A stretch of 64,000 nt of DNA from positions 1,612,001-1,676,000 of the forward strand of contig JAYWIR010000035.1 of the NCBI GenBank assembly GCA_036172245.1, written 5' to 3'. This DNA comes from Raillietiella orientalis (lineage: Eukaryota). A program made the position numbers and the translations under genes. The notes below the pieces were generated by a model. The model saw nothing but the letters and a program-made list of their open reading frames with translations. It did no database searches and had not been told where the DNA came from. Below, one piece after another: positions 1 through 11,273 of the stretch. Numbering within the stretch: position 1 is the first letter of the stretch; each line of letters begins with the position of its first letter.

Positions 1-600
1 ACCTCCTGGCTACACTCGCGAAATCGAGTGGCATTCACGTAACGTAGGCAAATGAAATGGAAAACTGCAATCTTCGGGTGTAAGAAAGCGACATTCGATG
101 CGTGTCCAACTGTGGCTGGCAGCGTGTTTCGGGGGAGGGCGCACGCCCCGTGGCACCAGCAAGACGATTGCCCACACCTTGTTGAAACTTTTCGTTTCGA
201 TCGCTTTCGTAAGGGTTGCTGTTACTCGCAGGCAACAATAATCCTTACGACCTCGTTGCTGAGTTGTTTGGTTGCATTCTCATTTTGTTGGTTCTCGCCC
301 TCGGCTTCGAAGATCTCTTTCGTCCGGAACTGAGCGGCTCGAAGGAAAGCAGGAAAACAACAACAACTTGGCTCGTGGCGCACAGAAGCCAAGAGTGGCT
401 CCTGCGTGCAGTTCGGTCAGGGTAAGCCGGGAGACGTGGCTTAGCTTCCGATCGATGCAACGGAGAAAAGAGCACTGAGAGAACCTTACCGAGCTGCTTG
501 GTGTGAACAGCGAACTCGGCGAAGTAGTCAGCGACTGCATTGAGATCCCGAATCGAAAACGCACTTTATTGGACTCACGGATGGCACAGAAAAGGAAACT
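1..600. promoter_or_regulatory. CpG-rich island, probable promoter and 5' UTR exon of XAB2 (donor G|GTAAGC at 421/422)
   Basis: CpG-dense stretch that drops abruptly into AT-rich, CpG-poor sequence after ~600. It has a strong 5' splice site at 422 and lies upstream of the XAB2 coding exons. Confidence 0.5.
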
Positions 601-2058
601 TCTTGTAAAACGAGTAGTTTTGTAGGGTGGCTGGAGATGTGAAGTGCTAGTTCTGTCATAGAGATGACTAATATCATAAAAATGAACCGCATCATTTTGA
701 TGATACTTCACAGATAACTTTTACTTTTTTTTATAGTGGTTTGTGCCTTTAAGTGAGACCTCTTATAACCTTTTATCATTTGGCTGTAGCATAATGCGGT
801 TCAAATGAAACAGTGAACACAAGCGCATAATGCCGAAACAATCCAAAAAGCTTGAGGACTAATTCTTATAAAAGGAAATCAAAAGTCTTCTTAATTAACG
901 AGAAAAAGTTCATTTTGTTCATTCTAATCTATTTTATGGTTTTTTTAATTAAATTTTGAAAATTCCCTGATATTTCTTTATACTAATATAAATTATACAT
1001 TGATTTCTCTTTCCAGCATGAAGTTTTTTCTCAACTGATTATAAGTAAACTACAGCTAAACAGTGTATGCAATTATAATATGCTTTTAAATATTTTTCTG
1101 AAAATACTATGTTCTTATCTCTACTATTCTATACATGCATATAGTTTTTGTGGTAAGATATTTGCGTAGATCAGGATACGGAGGTACCTTTTGCCAAGAC
1201 TATAAAGCCTACATAATCATCTTGAAAAGTAAAGTTCAAAGATGTCAGAATAGTAGACCTTGAATATGTCATATATATATATGTTTCCATTGTAATTTAA
1301 TTACATGCAACAACTTTTTTTAAATTAATTCTTTGTTGGAATTGAATATTTATTGGAATTTGTGTAATGGCAAGCCTACAGTGAGCATTCCGCTCACAAA
1401 CAAAATGTGATGGGACGTATGAAGTGACAGGCATGGATGAGGAGAAAGTTTGTTTTGATATTGTATTTGTAAGTATCATAAAAATGATGCGAATACTACG
1501 GATATATTGTGTTTTATTCAGTTGTTAAGGAGATAACTATTGATTCTTATTGAAGAATACTTTGGCAGAACTTTTAATTTTATGTTCATTAATTCAGCAA
1601 TATTTTTAGAGTTCATTTGTAACATTCTTTGATTTTTAGAACAATGAGGAAAAGCATTTTTCTCAATATATTAAGTTTCTCAATGCGTTAAAGTTCTAAG
1701 AAGTAGCTGCATAACTACAACTACTGTCTTGCAACAACATTCAGTCAATGCTGTTGCATGACATAGCTGCAAGGACCTACAGCTGAAAACATCTCACGTA
1801 ACAATTCGTGTCTAATGAATCATTAACTAAAGCAGAGTCAAGATTTAATAGAATTTGTTTGAAAGTTAATGTTGACAGTTTCAGATGCCCAGATATAGCT
1901 AGGTCATGATACTTTAACATTGTTTTTCAATGCAGTGTTCGTGATTTTTGTAAATTTGTGAATTTATGTTTTGCGGGATTTTTTTGTACTTATTCTGAGT
2001 TATGAAATGTATTTACTTGGACAGAGAAAAGCATTTTACCATTTTACAGGAACAAGTA

Positions 2059-5000
2059 ATGGTAAGCCATTGAACATGAAACTGGTTGGGTCCTTGTGTG
2101 AATATAAAAAAAAAAAAAATAGGGGAAAAGTATATCACTACTCAAAGACAAAAGCGTGGTTAAAATGACTATAAAACAAGATATAACAAATATAGCAGCT
2201 TTAATGAATGAATTATAAAGAAAACTATTCATATCCTGATATAAACTGTTCATAGATTGATAAAGTTGTGGATCATGATGTTTCAGCTATTAAAATATAA
2301 GACTTAGTGATCTGTGTCAGTAAAGCAGTTTCACTGTTGATTAGCGATCTGTATAATTGTAACTGAATTATGTACCAATTTTCAGGATAAAGATGATATT
2401 CCATTTGAAGAAGATATCTTACGTAATCCTTATTCTGTCAAACATTGGCTTCGATATATCGAGTTCAAGAAAGATGCACCAGATTCAGTAATAAATATGA
2501 TTTATGAAAGGACACTCAAGGAATTGCCTGGAAGGTAACTTGTCATTGAGAAAGTGGGAATGTTTATGCTTATATGTGCAAATTTCAAAGTACATGGAGA
2601 TTTATATATAGAAATTCACTTGTTATTAACTATGTAAATTATTACAAAAAAAAAACAGGCAGTGCACATTTCCTGTTGCTGTAATGTGTTTGGAATGCAT
2701 GGGTACTAAACATATTAATGGTTTTTACTGCTTACTAATTTGTTGTAGAGGATATGCAAACATTAAAAAGAAAAATCTGATTGGGGGGGGGGGGATATTA
2801 GTGTGCTTGGAATTAGAAATTCAGTATTAAGAAATGAAAATCTTTTAAAAAAATTTTGTATACAGTACAATTTCAAGGCATGATAATAAATCTTTAATTC
2901 AAAATTAATTGGTAAAACGGAATCAAAAAGAGTCACTATTTTAACTGTCATAACTTTGCATTAAAAATGTGCTGAAAATATTTGCAACTTGTGCATACTG
3001 AGTCATTTTTGGACCTATTGCATGATGTAACTGATTTGTTTTATGTTTATCTGTACAGGAAACTAAAGTTTCTTTATTGTTTCTTTATGTCTGTGTTGCA
3101 CTTTTGCATAATTTCATTTTTTTCTTTTTTTTAATGTTCATACCATCTGCATTCAGTTTCAATCAGTGACTAAGGAAGTAAATAATCACCACATCCATGT
3201 TTAGTTTCTAGGCACGTATCATTCCATTTTAATGTTGAAAAATGCTAGAGTTTCATGTCTAATGATAAAAGTGCAATAGGAAGGAGAGGGAGAGAGAGAA
3301 AAATGATTTTATCAGCATAAGCAAGAAAAGATCACAACTTGAAACACTGTTTCAAAATTGTAATTATGGGGAAGAAAACTGTTTGTACATTGACTCCACT
3401 CTGATTCTTTACGTAAATGTAAGGGTTTTATACATATATATACATGAAGCATGGTGTGCATGTGTGAATTCTAGGTGCATTGATGTAGAATGAAAAATCA
3501 CTGTTTTACTGTATTATTGCCAGACTATTGAATATTTGTTATTAGGAATTTTTTGCGTTTCCATGTAGGTAACTTTATGGAAATAGAAGAACTTGCTTCC
3601 ATGTTCATTTTCAAGATTTTTAATGAAATTTTCATTCATCATTGAAAGATTGTGATGCAAGAACAAATAATAATTTAGCAGTGTTTCAACTTAGAAATGT
3701 CAGTTGCAGAAGGATGCTCATTTACTGTATTAAGAAAAATTAAAATGAAAAGAAAAGAAAAGAAGTAGCTGTGATGAATTAAAGTCAAATTCAGGAAAAT
3801 GCTGCCTGTTTATCACAACTCCATCTGTGAATTTCAGCAGCTCCTGGTAAAATGGGATATCCAGCATCCATCCAATTTATTCTAGAACTTTTGCTGCCAA
3901 GCCAGAATATATATTCCAGAATACAATGCAATATATGTGTTAGTTTTGTAAGTTTCTGGATCATAATGATTATAACTAGAACAAGCTAGTGTGTTGATAA
4001 TGAGTCAAGAAAAACTAAGCTCAAGAATGAGGAAGCTTTTTGGCTGTGCAAAAAATACTTTCATGTCACAAGGAGATAAAGGAATAGAAATATTACTTTT
4101 TCATAAAGGATCAATCTTAGTTTTAATATGGTGGTGGCAGATGGTTGCATAGTGTTATTGTGAAAGATGTAGGGTAATGGTTATGATAATTCCGTAATTA
4201 TAAAGTGAAACAGATGTGCAGTATAATATTGTCAATTAATTTATGTTGTCAGTTATAAAGGAATGATTATTTAAATTACAGTTGTCATTCTGCTGCAGTT
4301 GTAGTTATGGTTAGCAGGTTTTTACTTAGCTTTATTCAGCATCACATTTCATGAATACAGGAAATGAAATTAATTTCAATTTATCCTACATGGTACAAAT
4401 AATTTTTCTGTTTGAAGTACTCGTGCATACTTAAGGATCATAAATAAAATACCACCTCATAGTCTACATCTTTGAGTATAATTTAGAATACCTTCAATGA
4501 TTTCATTGAAAAATCATATTAAATATGGTATGGATTTTAGGTGAAATAAGTGTAAATTAGGTAGACCAACAATTTGAAAAATAGTCATTAAAAATTTTCA
4601 GCAGTTGACTATGTAAAGTTCACTTGATCATTGCAGCCATTTTTGTTTTTATGCAATCTTTGTTTTTTTTTTTTCCAATTTCAGTTATAAAATATGGAAT
4701 ATGTATCTGAAATTAAGAAGGGAACAGATAAAAGGTAATTATGTGACTCACCCTAACATAGAAGATGTCAACAATGCTCATGAGAGAGCACTGGTGTTCA
4801 TGCATAAGGTATTTAATTTTTTTGTTAGTATTCTTATTATTGCTTGTTGTTTTTGAAAGCTTGTTTTTCTTGGATGAAATAGAGTAAATTCTGTATCAGG
4901 TTATGATGTGGGTTCAGTTTTGCGTATTTAACAATTGTTAGTACATTTTTTGATGGTTGCAATCAATGACTATTTGAAAATTAAAAAACGGTGAGATGCA

Positions 5001-8000
5001 TACGTATGTTGTTTGAAAACACATTATTTGGAATAGTTCTTACCAAAAGAATTATGAATATAAAAAAACAATTATTTCAGCCAAGTATATGGTATTTTCA
5101 TGTGTAATTGGATGGGTTTTGCCTTTTCTTTTTTTTGGATTGTGGATGTACTTCTCAGAAAGCCCATTTCCACTAAATAACTTATCTGTATGATGAATAG
5201 TGAGTAATGTATTTTGATAGCACACCTATTAGAAATCAGTTCTCTGATATATTAGTTACAAATGTTCATGATTATTTACTGTTAGTTGATCACTCTAATG
5301 TGTTAACATTTATTTGATGTTTTGTCATATATCTTAATTTGGTTCAAGAACTCGATTTAAAATTTTCATTTTGTATCTTTAAAATCCCAATATGCAAAAT
5401 TACATGAGCTACTAAATTCAGAGATCTTGCTATTACATCAGTGGCCAATTTTAGCATCTACACTATGTTTTCTTATTTAAGGTAAGCGTATCCTACTATG
5501 GAAATGTGAGCTTATAATCATATTGTTGCATTATACAGTTTATTTCATCATAGTGTTTCTCCATCACAAGTTTTTAAAAGCATTTTAATGTTTGTAGTCT
5601 AAAAAGACCTGGTGCCTGCTTTTTCATTGATTAATTTTTTTTTATTCTCTCTGTATCCAGGTTTACCTCATTGTCTATTAATGATGGTTCCTTGTATAAT
5701 TAAGTCAGTCCAGGTCCTGTCTTGCAATCACTTTGTTTTTGCGATTTCTTATCTCAGTAGTGTAAATTGTTGATTAAAGTAATTGAGTACTGTAAATGAA
5801 TTGATCAGGCTATTGCTTTATTAAATATTGTAGTAAATTGGTTAGCATCTTCATTTTAGAACTTTTTCATAGGTGGATATTTATTTATCACGCAGATTGT
5901 ATGTCTTTTTTGTGCACATCCCTGAAATTTTTCTTTACTTTTCATTACTTTTCTACATTACATGCAATCACAACAGTTTCTATAATGTTTGGAGATTATT
6001 ATGGATTTTCTAGTATGTTAGATATTCCATGGAATGCAAATGGAGATTCAGAATAAAGTTCTTATTTTTGGACCATGCTGAAATTCCATCAATCCATAAA
6101 TGTGGATAGATGAAACAATTAAAGCTTGGATGCCCCTTTTTTTTTTTATAAGTTCACAAGGATTTGGATAAGTTAATCATGAAGCATTCAGTACATTGTA
6201 TTGAATGCATCAAATGCACTCTTACAACTTTAGCCTGTCAGAAACCATATGTTAAACAGATCCGGAATGAAAATGTCATTGTTAATAAGGTAGAGTGTTC
6301 CACACAAAGCGTCAGTTTTCTGCTTCTTAACAAAGGTTAGCATTTGGTCATATGATGGCTCTTTTGTGCTTGTATGTGTATAAGTATCAACTAAAAAGTG
6401 AAGTGTCATTCAAAGTACCCTTACAACTAGTAAGAGTACTGTGAACAACACTTTTTCTTTCTTCATGTCGTTATGTGCAATAAAATGAGAACAACTGTCT
6501 ATACTGAAGGAAGGTCTTTCTTTGTCTTTGAACACTGAGTCCCCATCATCCTTTCACATTTGCTGGAATAATTGTGGAAAATTCCTTTGTATGTGATATT
6601 CCTGCTGAAAGTGAAACCTTTGTTCTTATCGATCTCTTATGCCTCATTAGTTGAAACGAACTTCTCAATTACGTTTGTGAGGTATTCTTGCCATGGAGCT
6701 TGTTTTTTGCAACAGAGAAGTGGAATGTTTGTCGAAATTCATTAGACATTTCACCCATATCCTGACTTTTTGCCCCTGTACTTCTTATTGCATCTTAATA
6801 TACTGCTGTAAACTTATTGCCCCAATCACCCTGCAATTGTTGGCCAATACAAGTGAACTAGAATGTTGAACCAGTTCTAGCACATTAATTTGCTTGGAAT
6901 CATAATAGCATTAAACGGCATTTCAATAATGAGTAGTAATATATGATGCTAATAATTTGTAGTAAATATTCTCTGTAATTAAGAAAGGATTTCAACAATT
7001 ATTCTCTGATTGTTGAAATTGATTGATTGTTGAATTCATCCCATTGATGGTTTTTCGGAACTTCCCAGAACTTGAACTCTGAAGTGTCCCTAGAACTAAA
7101 CATATGTTAGCAGTTTGCACTATAAATGATTTGATCGCAGGTTTCAAATATAATCACAATTTTATGCCATTGAATTTTGAGGTAATAATGGCTTGGTTTT
7201 TCCTTTTTTTTTTTTTGATTTGTTGAGAATTTGAATTTTAATTCCGAATTATCTAAGAATTATAATATTTTAGACACAAACAAGGGCTTTGCTGCAACAG
7301 CTGCCTTTGGTCTCACGTGATCACTGCTTGCATACTCCAGTCTCTTGAAGCATGAATACTGTTAAACACCTGATATACCCTTATTTTTCTTTACTAGTGT
7401 TTGTTTTAGTTCTTTTGTGGAACCTCCTAGTTATTGTTTTTGTCTTTCAATAGCATTCATGATATTTTATTATTTAGTATACTTTGAGAAATTCTGCTCT
7501 TCCATATGATTTGATTTGCTTTTGTTTCCATCCATTGCTCTCGCAACATTTCATAAACAGATCGTTTCTCTCGTTACATCAGTAAAAAAAAAAAAAAAAA
7601 AAAAAAAAAACTTCTATGAGTAATAAAATTTAAATAGTATATACACCCAGAAATGGGTGGCCGGACAATTCATAGAGATGGTAAACAATTCTCGACTGAA
7701 TGCATATTACCATTATTATTTTTTGAAAGTGTTCTTAAAGTATTACATCTGCTTTGGAATCATTCATAAGGTCCATTGCGATGGATACCATCACTATTCA
7801 GATCCAAAACAAATTCCCTATCACACTGCTGTATAAGAAATGCAAAACAGCATTCAATGTATTCCATGCATTAGTTAGAATACTTCTTACTTAAGGAATA
7901 ATGAAATCCAAAAAAAACTGAAAATTATAAGGATGAAGAATGAAGAGGAGTTTGTTTTTTGTTTTTGTTTTTCATGTTCACATGTATGAGTAGACTTATG

Positions 8001-11000
8001 TATACTTAGGCATATTTTACTTTTGGACATTTTTATGGTGCACATGTTGCAGGCGTTTAGTTTTATTAATGTTAAACTGATAAGAGTTCACTCGAGACAT
8101 TCCAAAGTAACTCCCTTTTAAAAATTAAGAGTTTTTTGGGTATGGTTTGAAGATCATTAAGGGAATTTAACTTTCTTTTTGAAAGGATGAAGGATGTATC
8201 GGATTTTTATCCTTTGTAGATGCCAAGAATTTGGATGGATTATTGTGAATTCTTGATGCATCAGAAATGGGTCACAAGAACTAGGCAAACATTTGATCGT
8301 GCATTGCGGTCATTACCAATCACTCAGCATTCTCGAATATGGAACCTGTATCTGCAATTTGTGAAAGATGCTACTGTACCTGAAACTGCAATAAGGGTAT
8401 ATCGCCGGTATTTAAAGGTAGTTTTTTTTTTTTTTTTTATTTTGCGTATTCGTCTATAAATAAATGGTTCTTAGTTATGTCCTGAAAAAGCAGAAGATTA
8501 TGTAGAGTACCTGATCAGCATTCATCATTTGGATGAAGCAGCTATGAAATTAGCATCCATTGTCAATTCTGAAGAATTTGTTTCAACTCATGGGAAATCC
8601 AACCATCAGTTGTGGAATGAACTTTGTGAGTTGATTTCGAAGAATCCACAACATATAAAGTGAGTTGATAATGAAATTGTCATCCACATAAAAGCAAGAG
8701 GTCATTAAATGTTGATGCCATAATTCGAGGAGGACTGAGAAAGTACACCGATCAGTTGGGACATCTTTGGAACTCCTTGGCAGAATATTATATTCGTGCT
8801 GGACTGTTTGAGCGGGTCAGAAATCTATGAAATTTAAAATGTTCAGTAATTGGGATCATTTCAGGCCAGAGATATATATGAAGAAGCTGTGGAAACTGTT
8901 ACTACTGTAAGGGACTTTACTCAGGTCTTTGATGCATATGCTCAGTTTGAAGAGCTCAGTCTTAGTAGGTACATGGAAGATGTTGCTTTAAAAACAAAAC
9001 CTAGTCCTGAAGGTAAAACTAATTTATAAAGTCGTCTGGTAATGGACTTGTGTCTTATAGATGATCTAGAGATTGATCTTCGCTTGTGTCGTTTCGAGAA
9101 TCTAATTGAACGCCGTCCATTACTTCTGAATAGCGTATTGTTGCGCCAGAATCCACATAATGTCCCTGAATGGCACCGGCGTATAAAACTTTTAGAAGGA
9201 AAACCGGAAAAGGTGATGTGATAGCATACACTTGAAGGCATTTCTTTTTTAGATAATTCATACGTTCACAGAAGCAGTGCAAACAGTTGATCCACGACAA
9301 GCTACTGGCAAACTTCATACACTGTGGGTTGCCTTTTCTCGTTTTTATGAAGATAACAAGCAGATAGAGGATGCCAGAATTATTTTTGAAAAAGCTATAC
9401 AGGTTAGAAATTAAGCACTTAAGGTGCATGTGCATGCTAAAGTTTTTAGGTTCCTTATGCCAAAGTTGATGATTTAGCATCTGTATGGTGTGAATGGACT
9501 GAGATGGAGCTTCGCCAAGAGTCAGTTATAAAAATAAAGCAATCAAATTACTTTTTCAAACTAGCAATTGGGAGGAAGCTTTACGGTTGATGCAACGGGC
9601 TGTGACACCTCCTTCTCATAAAGTGGCATATCATGATGAGAAGGAGACAGTGCAAAAACGGGTCCACAAATCTCTCAAAGTGTGGTCCATGTATGCTGAT
9701 TTGGAAGAGAGCTTTGGAACCTTCAAAGTAAGAAGAGTGCAGTTTTGCATTTTCACAGCTGTCTTTTAGACCTGTAAGGCTGCTTATGATCGCATCATTG
9801 ATCTTCGTATTGCAACTCCACAGATCATCATCAATTATGGAATGTTTCTTGAAGAAAACAATTATTTTGAGGAAGCTTTCAAGGTGATTATTCCGCACAG
9901 TGAACATTGTCGATAGCTGTTTTAGGCATATGAAAAAGGTGTTTCGCTCTTCAAATGGCCTAATGTGTATGACATTTGGAATACTTATCTAACCAAATTT
10001 CTTGAAAGGTATGGAGGATCAAAACTGGAGAGAGCTAGAGATCTCTTTGAACAGTGTTTAGAGCACTGCCCTGCAGAGTATGCAAGAAGTATGTTCAGTG
10101 CAACTTCTGATCCCCACTAATGCACATATTAGATTTTTATCTATTATATGCCAAGTTAGAGGAAGAGCATGGCTTAGCACGACATGCTATGGCTGTCTAT
10201 GATCGTGCCACCAGTGCAGTTCCACCAAAAGAACAATTTGAGGTTAAATTTGTAGTATCCATCATCTTTTTTGATGTTACGCTTTCAGATGTTCAGCATC
10301 TATATCAGAAAGGCAGCACAGGTGTATGGTGTAACACGTACACGTGAGATATATGAGAAAGCAATTGAGCAGCTGCCTGATGATAGTGCTCATGAGATGT
10401 GCCTGCGTTTTGCTGATCTAGAACGCAAACTAGGCGAGATCGATCGAGCCCGAGCTATCTACTCACACTGTTCACAAATGTGTGATCCAAGAGTTAGTAC
10501 AGCCGAGTCTAAATGATTGAGATCACTGGTAGGTAATAGGTACGGCCACAATTTTGGCTCACTTGGAAAGAATTCGAGATTCGTCATGGTAATGAAGACA
10601 CTATGAGGGAGATGTTGCGCATCAAAAGGAGTGTTCAAGCTATGTACAACACTCAGGTAAGAATTACATGCTGTTCCTGAATTTTATTCCTTAATGTAGG
10701 TGAACATGATGTCAGCTCAAATGCTCTCATCTGCAGCACAAGCATCTGCTAAGGCTTCAGAAATGGCTGCTGCTAATCAGGATGGCATGAGAGTGTTGGA
10801 AACCAAAGCTGCTTTCTTGTCCAAAGAAGCTGAGAAATCTAGTAAGGTCATGCTCTTCGTTTCTGTTCTTTAATTGCTGGTTCGCAGTCTCACGAAGCAA
10901 CAACATTATGTTTGTAAGAGGTAGCAGTGATCAGAAAGCTGATGAATTGGCAGAACAAGCAAAAGTTCAAAACCCAGCAGAAATCAACATTGAGGAAGAG

Positions 11001-11148
11001 GAAGAAGAATCAGAGCAGCCACAGACAGGTACAAAATTTTGCGATCTTCAGAAAGATTTTATGATCTTATATGATGATAGATATTGAACTGGAAAAGATG
11101 AGCATTCCTTTGGAAGTATTCGGAGGTTTAAAGGCTAAAGATGAATGA
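2059..11148 (+). CDS. XAB2: Pre-mRNA splicing factor SYF1/XAB2 (HAT-repeat NTC subunit), ~838 aa. Exons 2059-2061 (ATG, tentative), 2386-2534, 4685-4808, 8220-8417, 8475-8659, 8701-8815, 8865-9012, 9061-9212, 9253-9402, 9450-9520, 9565-9727, 9770-9883, 9926-10088, 10133-10242, 10289-10492, 10540-10656, 10700-10841, 10888-11028, 11081-11148
   Basis: Manual GT-AG splicing gives a continuous 2517-nt frame. It carries hallmark XAB2 peptides: [111 protein letters not shown]. The start exon is uncertain (alternative ATG at 581). Confidence 0.95.
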
Positions 11149-11253
11149 TCGTTCAACCTATTGATCCTGGCTGTTACTTGACTGGTGTAGTGGGAGAGTG
11201 TACCTCATGACCACTACCAGTTTGATGATGTGTTGCATCGTGACTTAACTAGC

Positions 11254-11259
11254 AATAAA
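11254..11259 (+). terminator. AATAAA polyadenylation signal of XAB2
   Basis: Only AATAAA between the XAB2 stop (11148) and the next ATG (11274). Confidence 0.6.
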
Positions 11260-11273
11260 TTTCAGTTACGAAG

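Noticed and set aside
3830..3880. DAGYPIL peptide resembling a Harbinger transposase motif (minus strand)
   Set aside because: A single short motif with no flanking support.
11146..11181. Stop-codon readthrough or SECIS linking XAB2 to the next gene
   Set aside because: Another in-frame TGA follows 11 codons later, and the hairpin lacks SECIS geometry.
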